Assembly (NCBI GenBank): GCA_965267575.1
Contig: OZ254086.1
Location: forward strand, 1,248,001-1,312,000
Length of the DNA stretch: 64,000 bases
Reading direction: 5' to 3'
From: Calditrichales bacterium
Lineage (GTDB): Bacteria > Calditrichota > Calditrichia > Calditrichales > J004
The translations under genes and the position numbers were made by a program. Shown here in pieces: positions 56,701 to 64,000 of this stretch; position 1 is the first letter of the stretch, and each line of letters begins with the position of its first letter. The notes under the pieces were generated by a model. That model did not search any database. It saw only the letters and a program-made list of their open reading frames with translations, and was not told the origin of the DNA.

Positions 56701-57116
56701 GAAATGGCATGTACCACCCAGGTGGAATCGTTCTTGCGAACAACATCAGGATGACTGCCGGGCGGCACGGGAATTTCAGACGCCACAAAGGGGCCGAACT
56801 CGTAACCGTAGCCAAGGCCTTCCCAGATAATGTCCGTGGTGCGGTTACCCGGTGCGGAAATGGAGCCGTAGTTCCAGATCTGCGTGGTAATCTTGTTACC
56901 GTTCATTATAACATCCTGGCGCAGGATGGGATTATCTGCCGCTGTTTTTTGGAAACGGTTATTATACCATTGCCACCAGGCGTCTACCTGCTCCGGCGAC
57001 CACTCTTTTTGCGGGCCAAAACGATAAACAGAATCCTGCTTGGATAGCTGCGCGGAAAGCGGTACCGCCAGACAAAACAACAATGTTACAAATACAATCT
57101 TTTTCATAATGTGCAT
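53739..57116 (-). CDS. large secreted protein with Asp-rich DGIDNDxDG repeats, FN3-like domain and variant CTD (VVPNPY...KFAIIK)
   Basis: Signal peptide; PPAKP, VTLYWD, FEGYVIYRS, YFYAIVSYD; C-terminal VVPNPY...FDKVPQKCTIRIYTTAGELV...WD...YGLYFY...GKFAIIK. Confidence 0.82.
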   Translation of the reverse strand: MHIMKKIVFVTLLFCLAVPLSAQLSKQDSVYRFGPQKEWSPEQVDAWWQWYNNRFQKTAADNPILRQDVIMNGNKITTQIWNYGSISAPGNRTTDIIWEGLGYGYEFGPFVASEIPVPPGSHPDVVRKNDSTWVVHAISDGLISNGGEVSPDFTERWGWEPLEVSDDGINVYLNSTQNTMPTNDAPDQDADGKPDTWPDAWYNENLRDYVWPGALGQGATNADKESFFVMDDVNNREFEYYPYPGDSVRKGLGLEVEGRVYQWSNPLAEDAIFLIYKIRNKGAYDLNRVIFGMWGDPHIGGPDNWQDDLADFNRDLNMTFAWDNDGRSDIAGRVPGYMGYKFLESPGLANDGIDNDKDGMIDESWTDGIDNDGDWNAETDDVGIDGVPNTLDEGEGDGVPTAGDPFDITKPGEPNFEFTDIDESDMIGLTSFAQPSFSGLQISDDEEMWSRYIQPGQFDTLAGSRDPGDYVFLYGSGRFTLRSIQTTPDDQISEAIKRFSIALIIGEDRNDLIQNAETVQRIYDSGYQFAKPPAKPNLTAVPGDRKVTLYWDKVAESSFDAVSGENDFEGYVIYRSTDPGFLDIQTITDINGTKFLFEPLKTVTGVDARFDLDNEYSGPSNVPYTGRGVSYNLGNNTGLRYTFIDSNNVINGQQYFYAIVSYDHGSDSLGIPPSECAKIVTFDPTTNTYSTDVNTALVIPRSRTAGYVAPRLTDGIQNETGGRSTGTIFVSILDESAVEDNNTFEIQFADSTAEGLEYTVEDQKPIEEMFISFFGRSVSLQKQFVNPESFVVRSESGETFTEGVDYDLDARFGTITVFDPDSVPGAGMMDDTRYTAEYTHFPIFRSFAVDSQETNPIFDGMQLVIKNEEFRVNEDLTGWNSSAQTEMEFTLLERDSASFYPADYELRFFTDMQDSSINDIATNFQLWNVTENTKSKFFVLEKAATRNGTWDPGEDIFIFENGTNTRNAVWQLVSQTRDTSDAPANGDIFLLATFKPFNPGDIFRFTTEGAREDKALARNKLDDIRVVPNPYVATNVIEPANPTARDERGFRRIYFDKVPQKCTIRIYTTAGELVRTLHHDSSVDDGKVYWDLLTRDNIEVAYGLYFYHVDAPGIGTTVGKFAIIK

Positions 57117-57134
57117 TTAATATGTCTCCCTCGC

Positions 57135-59870
57135 TTATAGGTCGATGCTCATGCCCACGCGTATCTCACGCGGTGCACGATAAAAGTCAGGACGTGTAAT
57201 GTATTCTTCGTAGGTATGCACGCCTGGCGTGTCATATTTTTCGATAAGTTCTTTTGGCTCATCGGCGCTGCGGTTGGCAAAAGTATAACCCGCGCGGCCC
57301 GTATCGTTAAATACGAAACGTTCGTTAAGCGAATCAAAAAGATTATAAATCTTTACGAAGAACTGATAGTTAATGTCTTTAAAGGCAAAATTATAAGACA
57401 TCCTTAAGTCTACGCCCTTGTATGTCGGTTTTCGGTCGGAGTTGGGTTCCGCGTCATACGTAGAGTTGAACAGAAAAGGTGAATAGGGGTAGCCCGTGCT
57501 CATTTGCCCGATCGCGCTAACCAGAAAACCCTGAAACGGCCGTACGGTCACCGAAGCATTCAGCACATGCTGCTGGTCCCAGTCCAGCGGAATAATTGTG
57601 CGGATTGCCGTTTGCCCAGACAGATTACTGAAATAAAAAGCCGACGGATCATTATCATTACCTTCTGCGACCTGGAACGTATAGTCAATATTGGCCGCAA
57701 CCGGGTCGCCGCCCATCATGCGCTTGGTGAAGGAGAGCGTAAGCCCCTTCACATTGGCATAATCCAGATTGCGATAGAGGCTGTAGTTACGGATATCACC
57801 GCTTAAGGCGCGGAATTGCAATGATTGCGTAGCCAGCAAATCGCGGATATCCTTGTAAAAACCGGTAACGTCAATGGCGTAGCGGTCGCTGATCTGCTGC
57901 TGCAGACCCATTTCATAAATAACCGTTTTTTGCGGATTCAGGTTGGCATTGCCAAAAGTAAACGATCCGCTCACGGGTACTTCAAATTCCGGGTTTACAT
58001 ATAAGTTGGCCAGAGAAGGCATCTGGAAAAAGTGGCCGTATGAAAAGTGAATAATGCCGGTCGCGGTTATCGGGAAGGAAGCACCCAAACGCGGGGCAAC
58101 CATATGTTTATGTTCCGCTTCCTTCAACTCGCCGTCCGGTTGCAATACATCTACCGCGTAATCGAAATCAGAGAAAAAGTAATCGTAACGAAGGCCCGCA
58201 TTGATAATAAAATCGTCGTACTCAATTTTATCCTGGATGTATGCCGACATCTGCCGCGGATAAGTTACATAAGCGTCGTGTGTCGGTGAATCCAGGCCGA
58301 GTACCGTAGGCTGTTTATAGCGATTGCGGTCATAGAGTATCGTGAAATTTTCGCGGTCCAGCTCGTAAAGGCGTGCTTCCAGTCCCGCCTTGACCAGGTG
58401 ACGGTTGTTAACCTGGCTCGTTATATCAAACTTGCCAAGGTATGTAAATGAGTTGGAATAAGAGTGCCCCATGGAAGTACCGCCAAAAAGAAACTGGACA
58501 CCCGCAGGGGAGCCCTGGACTTTGTCCGTGGGAACGTAGCGCGGATCACCTGGATCTTCATAAAGATAAGTGGTTGAGCGCTGAAAATTGACGGCTGCCT
58601 TCAGTTCATAAAACGTCTTTGGAGAAAGAGTATGGGTGAAGAGCAACGAGTTTTGTGCGCTCCAGGAACGGCTGGTCGGCAAACCTTCCGGGTTAAATTT
58701 CCACAGGTGTGAATAAGATTTGGAGCGACCCTGGTTGAAAAGTGACTGCGTGCGCAGAGTCATATTGGGCGTAAGCTTAAACTTCAACTTGCCCATCAGA
58801 TTCAGACCTTCGCTTGGATTCATCGGGACAATAGCATTATCACCGCCAAGTTCAATATACCACTCGTCATAGGTTCTCGTGATGGTAACGATTTGGGAAA
58901 AGTCATCTTTATAGCTGATTGTCTCTGTTTTCAAATCAAAATTTGCAGAGTCCGATGGCAGGTGCTCACGGCGGCCATAGAGATAACCCTCGCTCTTGGA
59001 ATAACGCCCGGAGAGGAAAAAAGTATGATCATTGCTGCCCAGGAATGAGAGCGGGCCGGAAAAGGTACCTTCTATATTGCGGTTGGCAACCGCGTCAATG
59101 TCATCAATGTTTAAGAAAATATCGTCGTGCGAACTGACAAAGTCGCCGCTGTAAAAACTTAAAAATGCTTTATATTTCTGGCCACCGTCTTTGGTCGTCA
59201 GGTTTACAATACCGCTCATGGCGTTACCGTATTCGGCGTTAAACGCGCCGCTCACCACAGACATCTCCTGGATGGCATTGTTGGCAACGGTTACAGACAA
59301 TCCGTTTGTGGAATACGGATTTGCCACAGAAACACCGTCAACCAGGTAGGCAATCTCGTTGGAGCGGCCACCCTTGATGTGCAGTTCGCCGCCGGCACCC
59401 TGGGTTACGCCGGCCTGAGTCAGCATAACATCCGTAAACGTTTCAACCGGAAGCGCCGCGATTTCTTCAGCGCTTGTTATTTTTTTGGATGCGGTAAGGT
59501 CCTTTTGTACAAGCGGCCTGTCCGCAACAACCGTGATCTGCTCCAGCTCGAGCGTCTCTTCACTCATCTGAAAGTTAATGATGCGTGATTGGTCGGCGTT
59601 GATAACCACGTTTTCTACGCGCTTCGTGGCATAGCCGATCATGCTACATTCCACGACATAAGTGCCGGGCTGAATATTCAGAACGAAGTACTCGCCGTTG
59701 GCATCACTTGAAGCGCCCAGTGATGTGCCCTCTATAATAATGTTGGCGCCCGGCAGTGGTTCGCCGCTGCTCTGGTCAATTACCGTTCCAAGCAACTTGC
59801 CGGTATTTCCGGCAAATGCCGAAGACCCTATCAGCAACAGAAATAAAATGGCTTGAAAAAAACGTACCAT
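57135..59870 (-). CDS. TonB-dependent receptor (carboxypeptidase-regulatory-like N-domain, plug, barrel)
   Basis: GKLLGTVIDQSSGEPLPGANI, HIKGGRSNEIAYLVDG, GAFNAEYGNAMSGIVNLTTKDG; APREIRVGMSIDL; GGAGG RBS. Confidence 0.93.
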   Translation of the reverse strand: MVRFFQAILFLLLIGSSAFAGNTGKLLGTVIDQSSGEPLPGANIIIEGTSLGASSDANGEYFVLNIQPGTYVVECSMIGYATKRVENVVINADQSRIINFQMSEETLELEQITVVADRPLVQKDLTASKKITSAEEIAALPVETFTDVMLTQAGVTQGAGGELHIKGGRSNEIAYLVDGVSVANPYSTNGLSVTVANNAIQEMSVVSGAFNAEYGNAMSGIVNLTTKDGGQKYKAFLSFYSGDFVSSHDDIFLNIDDIDAVANRNIEGTFSGPLSFLGSNDHTFFLSGRYSKSEGYLYGRREHLPSDSANFDLKTETISYKDDFSQIVTITRTYDEWYIELGGDNAIVPMNPSEGLNLMGKLKFKLTPNMTLRTQSLFNQGRSKSYSHLWKFNPEGLPTSRSWSAQNSLLFTHTLSPKTFYELKAAVNFQRSTTYLYEDPGDPRYVPTDKVQGSPAGVQFLFGGTSMGHSYSNSFTYLGKFDITSQVNNRHLVKAGLEARLYELDRENFTILYDRNRYKQPTVLGLDSPTHDAYVTYPRQMSAYIQDKIEYDDFIINAGLRYDYFFSDFDYAVDVLQPDGELKEAEHKHMVAPRLGASFPITATGIIHFSYGHFFQMPSLANLYVNPEFEVPVSGSFTFGNANLNPQKTVIYEMGLQQQISDRYAIDVTGFYKDIRDLLATQSLQFRALSGDIRNYSLYRNLDYANVKGLTLSFTKRMMGGDPVAANIDYTFQVAEGNDNDPSAFYFSNLSGQTAIRTIIPLDWDQQHVLNASVTVRPFQGFLVSAIGQMSTGYPYSPFLFNSTYDAEPNSDRKPTYKGVDLRMSYNFAFKDINYQFFVKIYNLFDSLNERFVFNDTGRAGYTFANRSADEPKELIEKYDTPGVHTYEEYITRPDFYRAPREIRVGMSIDL

Positions 59871-60032
59871 GTATCCTCCCAGGGAAATAAAACTTTGCCA
59901 GTCATGATAATGAATTTTTGGCAAATATCAATTTTTTGATTATACTCTTCAACGCCCAATATATAAAGCAAGGCTTTACAAATCACAATTAATTTACTTA
60001 CCAAACAAACCTAAACAAAAGGAGGAGAAAGT

Positions 60033-61856
60033 ATGCGTCGTTCGCTTACTGTATTCGCTATCCTCGTAACGATGGCCTTTATCAGCCAGGGATTTGCACA
60101 GGGAACTGAAGCTTCCCGCGTTGCAACTGCCTACAGCTTCCCACCGGCTGACACATTTTTCACCGGTCTGCAAAGTATCCGTGGTGTTAACGTAGCCGTC
60201 GATCCTTTCGGGGATGGAGTTAATCTTATTTCAGCCACAAACTATTTTACCGGTGGCGCGGTTCACGTTTTTGCCGCTGTCGGTATGGACTCCATCGAAC
60301 TGAAGTGGAGCTCCCCGCCCGGAGTCGGTGGCGGTGGCTCTACACCTCGTCACTCCGCTTTTGGAGATCTTGACAATGATGGGGTTGTTGAAATCATCTT
60401 CCAGAATTCGGACCGTGGTTTCTACATTTATGAGTGGGACGGGGTTCCCGGAAGCTATAACTTCGGTGATGCTCCTGCACAGATCATAGATGATACCTAT
60501 TTTCCCGCGACAAGCGGATATACGGAATGGTTCGACATTTCCGATGTTGACGGCGATGGTGCCAACGAGTTGATCACGGCTTATAATGCCGGTGGTTCTG
60601 TGAGCGACGGTCTGTTTGTTATCAGCGCCAACGGCGAATGGGAAACAGGAGATCCCGGTTTCTCAGGATTTAATGTTGAGCTGGAAGCACTGCGTTCGGA
60701 TCCCTTTTATGGAGCCCTTGGTTTTGGCGGAAGCCCCATGGGCGCCTGGGCAGCTCAGCTGGACGGTACAGGTAACGAAGAAGTCTTCTACACCAACTGG
60801 AATTTTAAGAATGTTACCGTTGTAAGAGCCACGGCCGCAGACACCTATGAAGCAGCCGATACGACAGGCGGTAATGGTAACCTCTTTATTACATGGCCCG
60901 ATGACAATACCGCGCTCTTTGGCGGCTTTGCCACAGATATCGATGGCGATGGTCGTGAAGAAGCCTATCTGTCGCAATTCGGTAGCGCTAATGCCGGCAA
61001 ACTGCACATGATCTATTTTGACGAAGGCTCTGACCTCAGCAAAATCGATTCCAGCAATCTGGCAACAATTGATGTTACCGACGTGCTGAACGGCAGTATT
61101 TTCGGACATGGTGTTGGTGACATTGACCAGGATGGACGTCCTAACATTTACATGGGCTTTGTTTACGGCAGCAACGTTGCTACCGCGGAATTCCAGGGTG
61201 GTGACAAGACAGATCCTGCCAACTGGACAACGGACGTACTTTACGAAGGCGAAGATGACATCTATACATCGGTAACCTATAGCGATAGCCTGGGCACAGT
61301 CGATACATCCTATGCCATTGACAACTCCTTTGTTGCCAAGCTGGGCGCCGGATATTTTGACCTGGACAATGACGGCTTTGAAGATATCATTCTGCCTTAC
61401 CAGGCTTTGAATGACAGCCTTGATGTTACCGAGCAAACCTGGGATGCCGATTCCGGAGCATACGTCGTAGATGCCCAGTATAAAGTGGTTAACCCCAAGC
61501 GCTGGTCACTGCGTGTACTGGAAGGCACCATTGGCAGCAGCATCGAAGCCAAAGACCTGACAGTTATTACACCGAATGATTACAAGCTTAAGCAAAACTA
61601 TCCCAATCCTTTCAACCCGGAAACAACGATTGAATTCGTAATGCCGGTACGTAAAAAGATCACCATGACGATCTACAATACCCGCGGCCAGAAGGTTAAG
61701 ACACTTCTTAAAGACGCGTCTTATCCGCAGGGTACGCACAGTGTTAAATGGGATGGTACAAATGAAGCCGGCCAGCAAGTGGCAACAGGCATGTATATCT
61801 ACGAGTTTAAGTTTGGTAACTTCACCAAAAGCAAGCGCATGATGCTTGTTAAGTAA
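60033..61856 (+). CDS. secreted FG-GAP-like beta-propeller protein with FlgD-Ig/T9SS CTD
   Basis: Signal peptide; DLDNDG, DVDGDG, DIDGDG, DIDQDG, DLDNDG; QNYPNPFNP...WDGTNEAGQQVATGMY...RMMLVK; strong AGGAGG RBS. Confidence 0.85.
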   Translation: MRRSLTVFAILVTMAFISQGFAQGTEASRVATAYSFPPADTFFTGLQSIRGVNVAVDPFGDGVNLISATNYFTGGAVHVFAAVGMDSIELKWSSPPGVGGGGSTPRHSAFGDLDNDGVVEIIFQNSDRGFYIYEWDGVPGSYNFGDAPAQIIDDTYFPATSGYTEWFDISDVDGDGANELITAYNAGGSVSDGLFVISANGEWETGDPGFSGFNVELEALRSDPFYGALGFGGSPMGAWAAQLDGTGNEEVFYTNWNFKNVTVVRATAADTYEAADTTGGNGNLFITWPDDNTALFGGFATDIDGDGREEAYLSQFGSANAGKLHMIYFDEGSDLSKIDSSNLATIDVTDVLNGSIFGHGVGDIDQDGRPNIYMGFVYGSNVATAEFQGGDKTDPANWTTDVLYEGEDDIYTSVTYSDSLGTVDTSYAIDNSFVAKLGAGYFDLDNDGFEDIILPYQALNDSLDVTEQTWDADSGAYVVDAQYKVVNPKRWSLRVLEGTIGSSIEAKDLTVITPNDYKLKQNYPNPFNPETTIEFVMPVRKKITMTIYNTRGQKVKTLLKDASYPQGTHSVKWDGTNEAGQQVATGMYIYEFKFGNFTKSKRMMLVK

Positions 61857-61873
61857 GCTCGGTTCTTACCTAT

Positions 61874-61904
61874 AAAAAAGGCGCCTTTTTACGGCGCCTT
61901 TTTT
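61874..61904. terminator. bidirectional intrinsic terminator overlapping the lpxH stop
   Basis: AAAAAAGGCGCC-tttttac-GGCGCCTTTTTT. Confidence 0.82.
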
Positions 61905-62629
61905 GTTTTGTAATACTCCAGCTTCAAATCCTTTCCATCAAAAACAGCATAGCTGAAATAGGTAAGCCAGTCTCCCAGATTTATATATTTACAGCCACCT
62001 CTTTCGTGCACCAGCGGATTATGGCGATGGCCCATCATTACATAATCAAAGCCCTTGTCAAAACACGCCTCGGCAAATTCGACGTAATCGGTTTCATCAC
62101 GCTTCTCGTTGATGGTATCGGTATACCCGCGACTCGTGCCCGACACCTTTCTCGCGAAGGGGATTCCAGCGTCCGGATGCAGCCAGCGAAAGACGCGCTG
62201 GTTCAGCTTACTACGCAGGATTCTCTTTAAGAAGCGGTAGCCCTTATCCTTTTTGGCAAGCCCGTCTCCGTGAAAAAGGTAAAACGATTTACCTGCAAGC
62301 TCGAATGTGTATTCATCCGGCCAGGTTGTGATTCCCAGTTGCTCATCAAAAAAGCGTCCCAGAAAGAAATCGTGGTTTCCCGCCAGATAGTGCATTTCCA
62401 CACCATCGTTGCGCAAGTTCATAAGACGGTTTAAAACGCCAAAATATGCCTTCGGTATTACATGATTGTATTCATACCAGAAATCGAACAAATCGCCAAC
62501 GATATATAAGTGGGTGAGGTCACCGCGTATGTCATCAAGAAATTTTTCAAAAATCGTTTCGCGTGCTTTTTCAGCAGCCGTATCCGCAATACCCAGGTGA
62601 ATGTCCGAAACAAAAACAGCCTTAACCAT
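61889..62629 (-). CDS. lpxH: UDP-2,3-diacylglucosamine diphosphatase (LpxH-like metallophosphoesterase)
   Basis: SDIHLG, GDLFDFW, GNHD, HGDGL, GHRH, INLGDW. Confidence 0.85.
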   Translation of the reverse strand: MVKAVFVSDIHLGIADTAAEKARETIFEKFLDDIRGDLTHLYIVGDLFDFWYEYNHVIPKAYFGVLNRLMNLRNDGVEMHYLAGNHDFFLGRFFDEQLGITTWPDEYTFELAGKSFYLFHGDGLAKKDKGYRFLKRILRSKLNQRVFRWLHPDAGIPFARKVSGTSRGYTDTINEKRDETDYVEFAEACFDKGFDYVMMGHRHNPLVHERGGCKYINLGDWLTYFSYAVFDGKDLKLEYYKTKKAP

Positions 62630-62726
62630 AATCTGCTCATCCTTGTAAAAGAGGGCGAAAATATTGTATTATGACGTGTGAAGCAATTATCAACAGACTG
62701 GCTTTAATTTATAACCGGGAGGATAT

Positions 62727-63275
62727 ATGACCAAGATTTTAATGCCGCTGAGCGATGGCGTGGAAGAAACGGAAGCTATAACCGTAATAGACCTGCTTCG
62801 CCGCGCCGATCTCGAGGTTATGACGGCTGCATTGGAACAAAACCCGGTCCGCGGATCACACAACATTCGCTTTTACGCAGATGCCTTGCTTGAGGATGTT
62901 GGCCACGAGCTTTACGACATGCTTATACTGCCCGGCGGACCGGGAACGGCCAAACTGCGTGATTCGCAAATGGTTTTGGACATTGTTAAGAAGCATTATG
63001 AAAAAGAACGCTGGGTCTGCGCCATCTGTGCCGCACCAACCATTTTACAAAAAGCCGGAATTTCAAAGGGCAAAAAAGTCACCAGTTTTCCAACGGAAGA
63101 AAAGGTCTTTTCAGATAGCACATATCTAAAAGATAGGGTTGTTCAGGACGGGAAAATTATCACCAGCCGCGCTGTGGGTACAGCCATACCATTTGCCCTA
63201 AAATTGATCGGAGTATTAAAAGGTGGAGAGGCAGCCAAGGCTGTTGCAGAAAGGATCGTTTACGCAAGCAGCTAA
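62727..63275 (+). CDS. DJ-1/YajL (ThiJ) family protein
   Basis: GVEETEA, DLLRRA, LPGGPG, AICAAP, ITSRAVGTA. Confidence 0.92.
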   Translation: MTKILMPLSDGVEETEAITVIDLLRRADLEVMTAALEQNPVRGSHNIRFYADALLEDVGHELYDMLILPGGPGTAKLRDSQMVLDIVKKHYEKERWVCAICAAPTILQKAGISKGKKVTSFPTEEKVFSDSTYLKDRVVQDGKIITSRAVGTAIPFALKLIGVLKGGEAAKAVAERIVYASS

Positions 63276-64000
63276 AAAATCGAAATGGCCGTTTTGGTGG
63301 TAAAAAGCTCCAGCGCGCGTGTACCGGCCAGCGAATTGCCCTGTGGATTGAGACCGGGTGACCAGACGCAGACGCTGAATTCATGGGGCATCAGTGCCAG
63401 GATACCGCCGCCAACGCCGCTTTTGCCCGGCAGGCCAACACGGTAAGCGAAGTCGCCAACGGCATCGTAGGTGCCGCAGGTAAGCATGATAGATTTGATA
63501 TATTTTGCCTGGCTCGGGCTTACAATCTCTTCACCATGCAGCAACCGGCCACGGTTAGCCAGAAACAGGCCCGCCCTGGCAACATCCACACAATTCATGG
63601 AAAGGGCGCAGTAACGGTAATAGTTTTCCAGAACAACATCCGGGTCGTTATTCAAATTGCCAAAGCTCTTTAAAAAATTGGCCAGCGCAGCGTTGCGAAA
63701 TCCGGTGTCTCCTTCAGATTCCGCGACGGCATGGTCAAAGTCGATCGTCTCATTAGCCGCCAGTTTTCTTACAAAACGCAGAACATCCTGCACCGGGCTT
63801 TTAAGCCTTGAAGCCAGAACATCTGTTAAGACAAGCGCGCCCGCGTTTATAAAAGGATTGCGTGGAATGCCGTTTTCGTATTCCAGCTGTACAAGAGAGT
63901 TAAAAGCCGTGCCGGAGGGTTCGCGCCCGAGGCGTTCCCATAAGGCGTCGCTCTCATATTTCATGGCCAACGTAAGTGTGAAAACTTTCGATATGCTCTG
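63272..64000 (-). CDS. glsA: glutaminase (5' end outside the window)
   Basis: The frame continues to the window edge (QSISKVFTL); GREPSG, NPFINAGA, GLPGKSGVGGG. Confidence 0.95.
   Translation of the reverse strand, partial: QSISKVFTLTLAMKYESDALWERLGREPSGTAFNSLVQLEYENGIPRNPFINAGALVLTDVLASRLKSPVQDVLRFVRKLAANETIDFDHAVAESEGDTGFRNAALANFLKSFGNLNNDPDVVLENYYRYCALSMNCVDVARAGLFLANRGRLLHGEEIVSPSQAKYIKSIMLTCGTYDAVGDFAYRVGLPGKSGVGGGILALMPHEFSVCVWSPGLNPQGNSLAGTRALELFTTKTAISIF

Noticed and set aside
43941-59870. classical SusC/SusD PUL or core T9SS operon
   Set aside because: No SusD-like TPR lipoprotein follows either TBDR, and no SprA/GldKLMN-like genes are in the window.

Overview
Bacterial chromosomal window of roughly balanced GC content. 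The gene repertoire (T9SS C-terminal sorting domains, PorV/PorQ-like barrels, large TonB-dependent receptors without SusD, FadIJ, long-form PhhA, clear Shine-Dalgarno use) suggests an FCB-associated lineage such as Calditrichota/Ignavibacteria/KSB1; this is inference. Bases 1-37.5 kb hold mostly housekeeping and metabolic genes: SDR, methyltransferase, two EamA, YrdC/Sua5, MBL hydrolase, sfsA, TrmJ-like, PD40 lipoprotein, lpdA, PfpI, saccharopine dehydrogenase, a beta-oxidation operon with ETF, TerB, CYTH, MFS, SPOR/SpoIID, phhA, GH13 and pdxH. Several intergenic gaps there contain nested REP/MITE-like palindromic elements from at least four families. Bases 37.6-61.9 kb hold the most interesting locus: two tandem modules of [TonB-dependent receptor - large secreted protein with a variant CTD - its own PorV-like barrel], with no SusD. 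Around them are accessory lipoproteins, two paralogous FG-GAP-like T9SS proteins bracketing the modules, and a T9SS-secreted GHL10 (DigH/YddW-like) hydrolase. This is a candidate SusD-independent, T9SS-coupled uptake system, possibly for peptidoglycan or another glycan. The window ends with lpxH, a DJ-1/YajL gene and a partial glutaminase. No tRNA, rRNA, CRISPR array or transposase was recognised.
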